Notes: a model not told the origin generated them from the letters alone. Positions 1 to 11,910 are shown, counted from the stretch's first letter. The stretch: 64,000 nucleotides of DNA from Mobula hypostoma (GCF_963921235.1 NC_086118.1:27158001-27222000); one strand, 5' to 3'. Numbers and translations: made by a program.

Positions 1-566
1 AATCAGAATTACACCTGCATATCTTGAATGAATAATATCCTACTTTCCAATTCCAATTAAATATTACATTTGGTTACAAACAGAAAATATTAAATGTTGA
101 CAATTTTGGCACTGATTTAACTCAATTTAATACCTTGATTGACCTGCATTACAAAGCACCCAGTTTAATTAAAGCACTATATCATTGCAAGGTTTAATGT
201 GTAACTTAATAGTGACTGTATGTGTTGAATAAAATGAGGCATTCCTTGTAATTAAAACAAAGGGGAGTTGGATTGGGCTGTAGATTTGTAGCTTAACTTT
301 CCTATACTTGTTTGTGTTTTTATAGAATCACTTGTACACATGTAATTTTTAGTGGTTACAATTTCCTTTGTATTTTTTGGGAAACTGGTTTCAGTGGGTG
401 GGTGTCACATGATTTGAATCTGGCTATTTAATTGGTTAACTGTTATCTGCTGGAATTTCAATAGAATCAATGATCTGGTATAAGAAGACCAGACCAGTTT
501 TGTTTGCTTTCTTTTTCTCTTCGTCTCTCAGCATGGTTCTCCCCTCGTTTCCTTTGTTGTAACTGT

Positions 567-1189
567 TGTGGACTGTGATTGAAGTCACAGGAGGGACACT
601 GCAGCTGGTGATGTAGAAGTCTTTATTCGGCACACCAAATAGCATTCTCATGGAGACACCCTTGGTAGAGACTCTCAAACCCAAAGGTACATCACATTTT
701 TATACCCTTAAGATTTAAGATAACAGTTGCTGGTACAATACAATTTCAATTGTTACAATGACATATTTTCCTTCAGTATTTTGGGTTGACAATGCTTCCT
801 TTGAATTGCATATCTACAGTGATAGACGCCTCTGAATCCACAGATAGTCAAAAATCTTCTGAAGATAGAAATCCCAGACACCCAAAATTAATGCTGGCAG
901 GGCTGTCTCTGAGAACACGAATATGTTAACAACACAAAAACTATTCATTCTCTATATCTGTGACAATGTTTGATATACTAAGTGACAGCACATGTCTGGT
1001 CTGCTGGTTTAAACTCAGTCACAATGGTGCAAATAGCATAGGCTGTGTTGCCTATTAATTGTTGCCTCAATTGTCTTAACATTTGGCTGATGCATATGTA
1101 ATCTCTTGGTTTGCAGAGCAGCCTGTGCTTTTAACTTCAATTTACTGCTTGCAATTTACAAAAAAACCTGAAGGCTAATTTTTTCCACA
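567..1189 (-). mobile_element. Probable solo LTR (~620 bp)
   Basis: Bounded by the inverted hexamer TGTGGA (567-572) ... TCCACA (1184-1189), i.e. TG...CA ends. On the minus strand TATAAAA (698-704) lies ~75 bp upstream of AATAAA (622-627), near the element end. No clean TSD seen. Confidence 0.5.
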
Positions 1190-1195
1190 CCCTAT

Positions 1196-1275
1196 TGCCT
1201 GGCCTGCTGAGTTCTCTAGCATTTTGTGTGTGTTGCTTGAATCTGCAGATTTTCTAGCATCTTCACAGTTTCTCT
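1196..1275 (+). mobile_element. Penelope-like terminal-repeat (pLTR) 3' fragment
   Basis: TGCCTGGCCTGCTGAGTTCTCTAGCATTTTGTGTGTGTTGCTTGA matches the 3' end of the PLE copies elsewhere in the window (e.g. ~49295-49360). Confidence 0.6.
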
Positions 1276-2609
1276 TATTTCTAAAGACTCATGTAAGCTT
1301 CCTGACCTTGTTTACATTTGCAATAAGAACTGAAGCTTGGTTCTCATTTTAATTAATATCTGCTATTTTTCACATAACTCTAGAATATTACATAACAGTA
1401 ACACTTAATAAAATGATCACAAGCAACAAGTTTATGCCTCATTCTTAACTTCCAAAAAACCTTCGGATCACAAAAACATCAGGATCCACAGGGGGAAATT
1501 GCTTTCTACAATCTGCTCTGGAATAAGGTAGTCAGAATCATATTTAAAAATTGAAATTTTGTGTATATATTTAAGAGTTAACATGCATGTTTTTCATTTA
1601 ATGTTTATTAAACTATGTAAAATTATTTTAATCCTTCTGTAAAAGATCAAACTTACAGTTTCTGAAGTTTTCACAATTAATGTAGCCAGCATGTGACATT
1701 GTATATGCTGCATTTAAAGTTTCCTGGAATGAACACATATGATGATCGACAGATACTTTTTTAATATAGGATGGATCAAAAAGAAACTTTTACATGGATG
1801 TTGTTTCCTACTTCAGCATGACAAGTGACAACCATCTGCATTTCTTAAGGTTCTTTGGTGACTTGAAATTGGAGCATAGCCGGACATGAAAAATGCATAT
1901 CTACATGTTTTAATGCAAAAGCAAACATTTCTGATGGAAGTTCTGCCCACCAGGCAACTGCCCTGAGCACATCAGGGAGTGATTTAGTTCAGTGTAATGG
2001 GCGATTTTCCAGTACATGTAATGATATTATCAGTATGCTCTAGACTCATCTTAGCCTCACTGACATAAATTGGAGCACTAATGCGTGCAGGCTATAACCT
2101 TCACAGAACTCATAGTAAGATAGGAAGAACTCCCGACTGGATCACTGATGTTTTTTCCCTGCACTATCGTCCCTGAGTTTATTATACCCTCTAAATCTCA
2201 AACATCACTGCTGGTCTTCACAATACTAATTACATAATATGCATATTGTGGAGTCTGTCGAGTGATGAGCCTGGGTTTTGTGTAGGTTTTCTAGCCAAAA
2301 GACTGAACCTGCACTGACAATCATGAGTGGGAGAATGGGGAATTACTTGTGGTGAGGCCAGACATACAGCGCACATTGCCTACTTCTCCCTTGCCTCTCC
2401 CTTACTTTCATCCTTTGTACAGTTGCTGTGTCGTGTTCTTTATATTGGAGATCTGCTTCCCATGATCCCTGGTATCGAAGATGTACCATCTGGAACCTCC
2501 ACAGGCAGCTGCTGTTGGCAACGATACAGATTACTGTGGAATAATCTGAATAATAAAAGGAATTAAATTACTCAAGCAGAGGAAACCACTGAAATTGGTG
2601 ACAAATAGA

Positions 2610-2777
2610 ATTAATGAGTTTTAATAAGGGAGTAGATCAAATTTTGAATAAATTTATGTTCATCTGTTAAATTGGTAAGTTATATAACAGAGGTTAGTTT
2701 AGCTCATGGTGGAGTGGTGGAGCAAACTTGATGGGCCGAATGGCCTACTTCTGCTCCTTTGTCTTGTGATCTTGTAT
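2610..2777 (+). mobile_element. CR1 LINE 3' tail fragment
   Basis: GATGGGCCGAATGGCCTACTTCTGCTCCT followed by TCTTGTGATCTTGT resembles the 3' UTRs of the CR1 copies at ~16500-16566 and ~38540-38610. Confidence 0.6.
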
Positions 2778-3139
2778 ACTAAAGGCTGTCAGGGAACACT
2801 TTGTAAGAGCTGATGACCAGGATAGAAAAATGGCGTTCAAGCAGTTTCTAAAATAGATTTTCCTGTTTAAGAAAGTGAACAACTAATTTCTTATAGCTGT
2901 TCACCTAAGGCAAGTCCGTAACCCCTGAACAGAGAAAATACTTGAGATTTCAGAAAGAGAAAATGAGGCATTAACAGGATTGAAAGGCAAAACAAATCCT
3001 ATTCACAACTCTTCCAGAATGATCTCTAATTTGATCCTTATTTTCCTTTCTGTTGCAAATAGAAAGAATTTTGGATCACTGGTTAAATTCACAGGCTCTC
3101 CAAATGTGTTTTGTAATTAATGAACTGTTTCACTTGGAC

Positions 3140-3830
3140 ATTTCCTCAGGATTGAGGAAAACTTGTTTCCATCTTGATTTTAAATGTGCTGATGTGGCTA
3201 ACGAGGCTAATGGGTGGGTGGTATACTTCTTCTGACATTTTACACAGGCCTTCCACAGGATCCTGATGCTGGCCTGGGGGCTCTCAGTGGCACTCTGAAT
3301 GTTCCATCTCTTCTTTGAATGGTCATACGCAGGGATTGCTAGATGTCAGTGGGGATACTGTAACTTTTCAAGGATGCTCTGAAAACACATCCTTAAATCT
3401 TCCGTCCACCTGGTGAGCTCTTGACAAATATTTGAAAGGAAGTCTGATATTGGACATGTGAACAATGTGACCTGCTTAACAAAATTGACTGAAGTAACTC
3501 GGGCTTTAGTGCCGGGGATTTCGGCAGGAAAAGGAAGATGCACTTTCTTTTTGCTTATCCTTCTAGTGAATTTGGACATTTTCTTATAGCGGAAGTATCT
3601 GGGACATGTTTCCAGTGCTTTGAGGTACCTGCTACTGTATAAGTAGTCCAAGTCCCAGAGGGCAAGCAGCACTGCTGCTAAAACCTGTTCTTCAAATGCC
3701 GTTCTCCTGAATTGACCAAAGGTTGCAATGAAAGTAGTGGGAAATTACATTGTCAAAATTTTCCTTTGTCAAGAGAAGACTCTAGAGATGTGAGGTTTGT
3801 TTTCCTCTTGGATGCAGAGAGAAATTGTTT
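3140..3830 (-). mobile_element. Decayed RTE-clade LINE, RT C-terminal region
   Basis: Frameshifted minus-strand translations give TFGQFRRTAFEEQ, YSSRYLKALE, SPGGR..RFKDV..ASLKSYSIPTD and YDHSKKRWNIQ. These are colinear with the RTE consensus pattern AFGRLRKRVFEDQ / YSRHLKALE / PGGQRKRFKD.LKASLK...IPTD. Confidence 0.7.
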
Positions 3831-4887
3831 AAAGGCTGGAATTCCCGTGCTTTGGCTTCACCTGAAGTTTAGATGGTTGGGGCATATGTGCTGATCGGTG
3901 TAGTGTAACGTGTATGTTAATTGATTGGGAATAAAGGTGGAAATTAGACACACGTCAATGTAAGCATTGAAGGACTTCACATTTCAACTATGGAATCCCA
4001 CTTCTGTCCCCATTTGCACAGTATGAATAGTAAAAAGTAAGATATTTATTTTCTTAAGCACTAGATCCTTTTTTAAACATATTTATCTCTTTAAAGTAAG
4101 AAAAATACAATATTAAGAAGGAATACTTTCCATAGATTGTGCAGATTAGACTGGGAAATGAAACCTCTTCAAATCTGCTCCACTGCAGCAAAATATTGCT
4201 GAAGTCTGGTGGTAATGGATGTCTTTATGCACAATTTCTACTCTTAATATGTCTCGTACTTAGGATATTATCAGGGTGACCTTGGAAGATAAAGTGTTCT
4301 TTTGCCAAATATTTGTCCTTTCTGTCTTTCTCCTGTTTTATGCTGCAAAAAGAAAATGATTTTTCAGTTTTAAATGGAATGCCACTCAAAGTACTTTTAT
4401 ATTTTGACAGTTTCTGCAAGAAGGATATTGACTTGGTTATGGATGGAATGCTTATAGACTTAGTTTATAAGTCATATGGTTTTCTTCACGAAAATTGCAT
4501 TATATTTTAGTAATTTTTGTTATCAAGTATTTCTCCATGGTTGTATTCAAATCAGGAGGTAAACGCTGAAAATTTCCATCGCAGTAAGACAATTACTTAC
4601 ATATATTTTTAAAGAATAGTTTATAAAAATAACATTTGAGTTGATCTAAGAAAGGAACTGGGTCTCTAAGGTATTCAATACTGTTACCTTATAATTGTTC
4701 ACAAATATGCTTGAGTTTTGATCTCTTGACTATTAATTTTTTGAATTTTACTATTGCCATTTTACTTTTAAGGAAGAATGGAAACGGAATGCCAGAAAAA
4801 AATAGAACCTACAACATTTTGGAACTAATTATGTAGAGTCCAATGACCACTAGAAACTTCAAGTCAAATCTGTAGTGTTGCTGATAA

Positions 4888-5656
4888 CACCGGACAATGA
4901 AGATTTTGCTGCCTGAATACTTTCAGGTGTACCTTATGTCTTTTGGGCTGCTGATTGTGAAAATCAACGATGAAGTTGCCTATATTTGTTATTTCAAATC
5001 AGAATAACCATTGCCAAGTTTAAGGAAGACATCTTTGTTGGTCCACAAATTGAAAAGGTTATTAAATGACAGGCAATTCGAAGAACTTCTCTTGGGGTCG
5101 GAGACAATCGCACAGAAGGCATTCAAGGATGCTGCTGAAAATTTTCTTGGCAACTACAGAGCACCAAACAATGTGCAGCTGGTTACCAACATGCTTCAAG
5201 CATACAAAACTACAAAGTGCAACATGTCACTAAAGATTTATTTTTTGCATGCACATTTAGACTTCTTCCCTGCAAACCTTGACACTGTCAGTGATGAACA
5301 TGGTGAAAGGCTTCACCCAAGGCATTGCGGTCATGGAGAAACAGTATCAGAGTAATTGGAATCCATCATTACTGGCTGATTATTGTTGGACACTTAGTGA
5401 GAAGCCTCAGACACTGAGTACAAATGAAAATCATCAACAATACAATTTTAGCTTAGTCGAACTATTGTAAAACATCAGCATTGTTATGCAATTGAACACA
5501 TTATATTCAATTAAAGTTAATTTCTTGTTTCTCCAAATTCCTATGTGATACAAGTAGTCTGAAATTATATTTGTGTTCAGCTTCATATGGTCTATCATAA
5601 ACAAAAAAAAAGAATCCTGAGGAAGCAACACTTTCAAAAAATGTTGTCGTCTAGTA
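4888..5656 (+). mobile_element. Internally deleted Chapaev3-like (CMC) DNA transposon with transposase C-terminal remnant
   Basis: ORFs 5011-5355 and 5279-5470 encode NFLGN...CNMSLKIYFLHAHLDFFPANL..VSDEHGER and (frameshifted) MEKQYQ.NWNPSLLADYCWTL. Degenerate TIRs are CACCGGACAA at 4888 and TTGTCGTCTAGTA ending at 5656. Both ends are flanked by TAA (4885-4887, 5657-5659). The family name is recalled from motif memory. Confidence 0.75.
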
Positions 5657-7022
5657 TAATCAAGAAAATTATGGATTTCTTCTGGATTATCTGAATTTGG
5701 ATGCATTCTTCATTGTCACTGCTCAATTAATTTTACCATGCTATTATTCTCCACACCCCCCCTCAACACCATTGTCTCTACACAGGTTGTAGTAGATGTA
5801 CCGATCTTCGGGGATCAGGCATCACAGCAGAATGCAAAACTCTGGTTCTCGTTGGATGTGACACTACATTCCAAGGTACAGATGACAGGTGCTTCTCTGG
5901 TAGCAGACTTTTACAAGAATCACCCCTTGTAATCAAGATCAGGGAGGCACAGAGAGAATCTGTAATTACCAACAAATACTTTGATTGTCTCAATGGAAGA
6001 ACATGTGAACTTACAAAACTGATTGCCCCTGCGCACAGATACTAAAGTTTTCTTGACCTTTCATGAACAGTCAAAGAACAGAAATATAATACCAGTTAAA
6101 AAGGAGTTTCTGTTACTGACCACATACTCCTTGTAGTTCTGTTTCAAATCTCAGCATCCATGGGCACCTTACATCCAGGATGGTGAACCTCCTAAAGTCA
6201 ATGCTACCTTGTGTATGAAAACCTCTGCTTTTATATCCATTCTTTACCAGTTGAAATGTTACATTCCAGGGTCATTGGCTATAGGTCATGTGTCTGACCT
6301 TTAACACCTTTTTATTTCCAAGCCAACATCCATTTATTTCCCTCTTCCCAGCTACTGACAATTGGTAATTTATGACTGTTTGTTCTCAATCAGCAAACAG
6401 CTTGAATAACTCACGGCAGGCACAGACCCCAATAATCATAAGCCTGCAAGTTATATCCAATCAAAGAACATCTCGCAAATGACTTCTTATTTGGAAATGA
6501 TCCCTAATCCAGCAGATTATCTAAGGCACCATTGTGTCTACTTTAAAACACTGATTAGGCTAAGCAACAACCTTACAAAATGGAGGACATAGAGCAGTTC
6601 CACAAAATGTCAGCCTTCATTCCCAAGCACATGGCAAGGGCAAAGACAATTGGTTGGCTTTCACTGTCCTTGATTCATCCAAATTCACTGATTTGTAAAC
6701 TGTATTTCTTGCTGGCCAACAAGAAGATCAACCCCTATGTAATTAGTTGTTTATTAAAAGTTGACATTCAAAAACCTGGGAAATAACAAGAGAGGAGGAT
6801 TTAAAGTAGATTTTTTCCAGTATTGGAATAAACATTGTTCAATTCCACTCACAAAATTAATAATATATTGATGTGGCAAAAAAACCACAATTAACTGATG
6901 ATATATTCTTAGTTCCCACACAATGCATTTGACATTTTACCTTCATGACAGACCATTGGTGAGTGACACTCACAACACGCTGGAGGAACTCAGCAGGTCG
7001 GGCAGCATCCGTGGAAAAGATC

Positions 7023-7058
7023 GGTCGATGTTTTGGACTGGAACCCTTCGTCAGGACT
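7023..7058 (-). ncRNA. Degenerate hammerhead ribozyme motif
   Basis: Minus strand reads AGTC-CTGACGA-AGGGTTCCAGTCC-AAAA-CATC-GACC. GAAA has become AAAA and GUC has become AUC, so it is predicted inactive. Confidence 0.65.
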
Positions 7059-7323
7059 GTAGAGGGAAGAGGCAGAGGCCCTATAAAGAAGGTGGGAAGA
7101 GGGTGGGAAGGAAAAGGCTGGTAGGTTCCAGGTGAAAAACCAGTAAGGGGAAAGATAAAGGAGTGGGGGAGGGGATGCAGGGAGGTGATAGGCAGGAAAG
7201 GTGAAGAAGGAATAGGGGAAAACACAATGGGTAGTAGAAGGACGCAGAACCATGAGAGAGGTGATAGGCAGCTGGGGGAGGGGGCAGAGTGACATAGGGA
7301 TGGGGGAAGGGAGGAGGAGGGAA

Positions 7324-7710
7324 TTACCAGAAGTTGGAGAATTCTGTGTTCATACCAAGGGGCTGGAGACTACCTAGACGGTATATGAAGTGTTGCTCCT
7401 CCAACCTGAGTTTAGCCTCAACATGGCAGTAGAGGCCATGTATGGACATATCTGAATGGGAATGTGAAGCAGAGTTGAAGTGGGTGGCTACTGGGAGATC
7501 CTGTCTGTTTTGGCGGACGGAGCGGAGGTGCTTGACGAAGCAGTCCCCCAATCTGCGTCGGGTTTCACCGATGTAGAGGAGGCTGCACCGGGAGCACTGG
7601 ATGCAATAGATGACCCCAACAGACTCACAAGTGAAGTGTTGCGTCACTTGGAAGGACTGTTTGGGGCCCTGAATAGTGGCCAGAGAGGAGGTGTTGGGAC
7701 AGGGTAGCAC
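7324..7710 (-). pseudogene. PLE GIY-YIG endonuclease domain, frameshifted from the RT
   Basis: VIYCIQCSRCSLLYIGETRRRLGDCFVKHLRSV...PVATHFN...LGSLQPLGMN. Confidence 0.92.
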
Positions 7711-8764
7711 TTACGCTTACAGGGATAAGTGCCAGGTAGGAGATCCGTGGGGAGGGACTGTGGACCAGGGAGTCACGGAGGGAACGATCTCTGCGGAAAG
7801 TGGAGAGGGGTGGAGAGGGAAAGATGTGCTTAGTGGTGGGGTCCTGTTGAAGGTGGCAGAGGTTGCGGAGGATAATGTGCTGGATCCGGAGGCTGGTGGG
7901 GTGGTAGGTAAGGACAAGGGGAACTCTGTCCCTGTTGTGGTGGTGGGAGGATGGGATGAGGGCCGAAGTGCGGGAAATGGAGGAGATGCGGGTGAGGGCA
8001 TCATTGATGATGGCAGAAGGGAAACCATGATCCTTAAGGAAAGAGGACATTTGAGATGTTCTGGAACGGAAAACCTCATCCTTGGAGCAGATGCGGCGGA
8101 GATGGAGGAACTGGGAATAGGGAATGGCATTTTTGCATGTGGCGGGGTGGGAAGAGGTATAGTTGAGATAGATATGAGAGTCAGTGGGCTTGTAGAAGAT
8201 GTCAGTGGACAGTCTGGAGACCGAAAGATTGAGAAAGGAGAGAGAAGTGTCCGAGATAGACCAAGTGAATTTGAGGGCTGGATGGAAGTTAGAAGTAAAG
8301 TCGATGAAATTGATGAGCTCAGCATGGGTGCAGAAAGCAGCACCAATGTAGTCGTCAACATACCGAAGGAAAAGTTGGGGAGCAGTACCAGAATAGGTTT
8401 GGAGCACAGACTGTTCCACATAACGAACGATGTGGCAGGCATAGCTAGGGCCCATGCGAGTTCCCATAGCTACACCGCTGGTCTGAAGAAAGTGGGAAGA
8501 GCCAAAAGAGAAGTTATTGAGTGTGAGAACCAGTTCCGCCAACTGGAGAAGGGTAGTGGTGGTGGGGAACTTGTGAGGTCTATTATCCAGAAAGTAGCGG
8601 AGGGCTTTGAGGCCTTCTTGATGGGGAACGGAGGTGTAAAGGGATTGGACATCTATAGTGAAAATGAAGCCGTTGGGACCAGGGAACTGGAAGTTATTGA
8701 AGAGGTAGAGGGCATGGGATGTATCCCAGATGTAGGTGCGGAGGGACTGAACTATGGGTGACAA
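7625..8764 (-). pseudogene. PLE reverse transcriptase segment (379 aa open)
   Basis: Motifs FTIDVQSLYT, LTLNNFSF, GVAMGTRMGPSYA, LFLRYVDDYI, LKFTW, YKPTDSH and YLNYTSSHP. Confidence 0.93.
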
Positions 8765-9596
8765 AGTGGAGTCCAGGTAGGCAGATACAAGTTCGGTGGG
8801 ACAGGAGCTGGCAGAAACTATGGGTTTACCGGGAGAGTCAGGCTTGTGGATCTTGGGGAGGAGGTAAAACCGAGTGGTACGGGGTGTGGGAATTATGAGT
8901 TTAGTGGCTGAGGATGGAAGGTCTCCAGAGTTGATAAGGGCGGTGATGGTACGGGAGACAATGGTTTGATGTTTTTTGGTGGGGTCCTGTTCCAGGGGTA
9001 AGTAAGAGGAGGTGTCAGAGAGCTGCTGTTTGGCCTCAGTGAGGTAGAGGTCCGTCCGCCAGACTACTACAGCACCGCCTTTGTCAGCGGGTTTGATGGT
9101 GAGGTTGGGATTAGTGCGGAGAGAGTGGAGGGCAGTGCATTCAGAGGGAGTGAGGTTGGAACAGGAGAGAGGAGTGGTGAAGTTGAAATGGTTGATGTCA
9201 CGGGGACAGTTGGAGATAAAAAGATCGAGTGCAGGTAGAAGGCCTGGGCGGGGTGTCCAGGAGGAGGAGGAGGGTTGAAGATGGGAGAAGGGGTCCTCAG
9301 TAGGGGGAGGGGAATCCTTGCCAAAGAAGTAGGCTCGGAGTGTTGCTTTGACCCCAGCATCTGCAGATTATGTTGTGTAGGCCATTCACCTTCCACTCCT
9401 CCTCCTATATCCTCACATAATCCTTGGTGTAAATACATGAACTACATTTATGGTCTGGCTCTTGTTTCATGTTTGTAATTTCAAGTGGCCAAATTCTTAT
9501 AGGGAGCAGTGTTGAGCATGTTAGCTTTGAGGTTTCTGTGTAAACCTTTTGATCCTAAACACAGCTGACGTTCCTCTTAAAAATTCAACATGATTG

Positions 9597-11119
9597 CAGA
9601 CATCCCACCTCTCCCAGAAGTTCCGTGAGTCTCCCGCATATCGATAGTGGCTCCCTGACGCCTGGAAATTATATACAATATCCTGGAAATCAATTTTTTC
9701 GAGAGGGAGAGGGAGAGCAAGCATCCTGATTGGTCTCTCTTTGTGCTAAGCGTGGTCCTCATCTACCGGGCCGCGAGGGAATGATATGACTTGGCGATAT
9801 GAAACGATATGAGTCAGCTGCACCTTTCCTCATTCCCTGTCACGCACTGTTGAATTTTAATGCACGCGAGGTCATCCGTGACCCAAGATGTGCAAAGGAA
9901 TGGGTCTGTGACCCATTTATGAATGTCCCCAGTGAATCATCCATGTCAGCGCGGGAAAAAGATCAACTCCTTAAGCTTGCAAATGATGGTGGGCTGAAAA
10001 GTGTGTTTGACATAACATCTCTGCCGGCATTCTGGATCAAAGTCAAGGCTGAATATCCTGAGACAGCCATGAAAGCACTGAAAATGTTGCTTCCATTTCC
10101 AACATATTTCTGCGAAGCGGAGTTTTCTGCAATGAATGCAACGAAAACTAAATTGCAGAATAGACTGGACATAAGGAACCCCCTTCGAGTATCGCTGTCT
10201 CCCATCACCCCTCGATAGGACCGTCTTGTTGCAGGAAAACAAGCCCAGGGCTCCCACTGATTCAGTGATATTGGTGTGTTACAATGATTTTACATGTTCA
10301 TACGAGGAAAATATGCACTGTGTCTTTAATATCCAAACATTACTTAAAATGTTATGATGCTATTGACTTATAAGTGACTTATAATTCAATGGTCCTCAAC
10401 CTCCGGGCCATGAAGAATACAGCAGTGGCTGGAACACACCCAGCACATCTTTAAGAAAAAAGCCGAAATAAACAAGCTAATTAATTAGGTGCCGCCCGGC
10501 ACATAAATGTCGGCCCAGATCAGAGGCGATTCCCGATTGCATTATCACTACACTATCACTAGTAGACTTATCACTACATTCATGCGATGAAAATATGCAC
10601 TGTGTGTCTAATATTAAATTCGTTAGATAAACCCCTTTAGAAACGAAATGTGAGTGTATTAGCCACTTACAAGTGACTTATAGTTGACTTATCACCTACA
10701 AACGTTTGTATATTCCAGTGGCGTTTAACACCCACCCCCGGTTGGCCGGTCCGCAAGAATATTGTCAATATTAAACTGGTCCGCGGTGCAAAAAAGGTTG
10801 GGGACCCTGATTTAAATAGCTGGCTATCTGCCAAGGAGCTACACTATTGATGTCCTATGTGATGAGGCCAAACTCCTTGTAGACTTGCTTAACGTTGTAA
10901 TAGAATGAACATGATAATATAATATAATAAATGTACATATTTTAATGTCACATTTGCAGCATATACCCAACCTGGTTTACAGATTAGACAAAATCACTAA
11001 ACAAAGTATTACATACACCCTTGGAGGTCGACGGCGGGGGCGGGGGGGTCGTGATATGGGGTTGCGGGGGCCGGAGGTGCTACCTCCCTGAAATGAGTTT
11101 TTGCAGGGTGGGATGTCTG
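9597..11119. mobile_element. Non-autonomous TIR DNA transposon (hAT-like) with a 6-bp TSD, hosting a Charlie-type element
   Basis: Perfect 13-bp TIR CAGACATCCCACC (9597-9609) / GGTGGGATGTCTG (11107-11119). TGATTG is duplicated at 9591-9596 and 11120-11125. Confidence 0.8.
9751..10809 (+). mobile_element. hAT Charlie/Buster-type deletion derivative with C-terminal dimerisation-domain remnant
   Basis: ORF 9799-10218 encodes W..DPF...SLPAFWIKVKAEYPE.A.KALK.LLPFPTYFCEAEFSAM..TKTKLQNRLD....LRVSLS, continuing past a stop to KQAQGSH*. The right end is AAAAAGGTTGGGGACCCTG. Left-end-like GGTCCTCA.C..CCGGGCC occurs at ~9754 and again at ~10391. Confidence 0.88.
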
Positions 11120-11147
11120 TGATTGGTAATTGGTAACCTTAACACTA

Positions 11148-11910
11148 CCAGATCTGTTACCTGAAGAAGCCATTTGGCTAAATTGTCCATGCCTGTCAAG
11201 GAATCTTTATGTATCTAAATCTTTCCAGGCTGCAGCTGGAGATATTTGAAGCATCTTGAAGGTTTATGTTCATAGTTGTGATATCAAATCACCATGGTAC
11301 AATTTTCAACTTTAAGGAATCCAGTTAGATTTCATTTGCTTTCAGCACAGGCCTGCAGTTGAGAGAAGCCAGTCAGGAATGTTGGGGCGCAGAATGCCAG
11401 TGAGTGTGCGTACATGACTTTCCTGATGTTGAGTGTCAACTCTGTCCAAGACAGAATATAAAATCTATCTTCCTTCTCCATCACCTTTTGGTTTCAGTTC
11501 CACATCAGTTTGCTGAGTCGGCTACAGAGGGAATCAAAGTCTGGTTATTGGTTGACAAAAGACCATTTGCAGACAATATATTTGATTTTGCTTGGTTTAT
11601 AATTTATGCAAACAAATGCAGCATTAGGAGTAGTTATTAGTTGACAGAGGACCATTTGCAGACAATATGGTTGATCTCCCTCTATTTATAATTTATGCAA
11701 ATAAATGCAGTATATGTACAGAGGAAGACACACTGGCAGGGAATTTCGATGGAACAGGCTACTGGAATGCTTATGCTTCCTAGCTGATCTGGAGAGGCTA
11801 AGATTTATGCAGCCATGCTGTAATCTGTGGAATTTTACCACCACAAAGGTACCAAACAGCCAAGGAACATATGATGGAGGAGCCAAAATTGGAGGAAGAA
11901 GGAGGAGAGC
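11148..11910 (+). pseudogene. PIF/Harbinger (HARBI1-family) transposase relic
   Basis: Colinear fragments across stops and frameshifts: PDLLP, LSMPVK, NLYVSKSFQAAAGDI*SI...VHSC, ISF, WLLVDK / DRG..LQT.WLIS, MEQATGML..SGEA, CCNLWNF, then an acidic tract. These match the HARBI-type pattern LPV.VKV...LNFYA.GSFQ...GD / WLLGDKGYPL..WLMTP / IEQ..G.LK.RFRCLDRSGG / CC.LHN. Confidence 0.72.
11544..11712 (+). repeat. Diverged tandem duplication, period 89 bp
   Basis: GTTATT.GTTGACA.A.GACCATTTGCAGACAATAT...TTTATAATTTATGCAAA.AAATGCAG starts at both 11544 and 11633. Confidence 0.9.

Larger units (their letters stand above)
6966..9378 (-). mobile_element. Penelope-like retroelement (RT + GIY-YIG), 5'-truncated, with an inverted pLTR tail piece at 9337-9378
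   Basis: Contains RT and GIY-YIG ORFs, a pyrimidine-rich 3' region and a pLTR with a hammerhead remnant. Flanked by AGACCATT (6950-6957) and AGGCCATT (9379-9386). Confidence 0.95.

Noticed and set aside
2385..2540. Possible minus-strand exon (…SCLWRFQMVHLRYQGSWEAD…/GTAAGG)
   Set aside because: Ambiguous acceptor and no recognisable product.
5786..6045. Acceptor-like CTCTACACAG followed by a Cys-containing open frame (CSRCTDLRGSG…)
   Set aside because: No recognisable domain and only a weak donor; not supportable.
7676..8761. 361-aa plus-strand ORF and 241-aa Ser/Pro-rich minus ORF (7717-8442)
   Set aside because: These are the antisense and alternate-frame shadows of the PLE RT, caused by its compositional bias.
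9799..10260. Domesticated ZBED5/SCAND3/FAM200-like host gene
   Set aside because: Only the C-terminal fragment is present, with an internal stop, and it lies inside TIR-bounded DNA; it is a transposon remnant.
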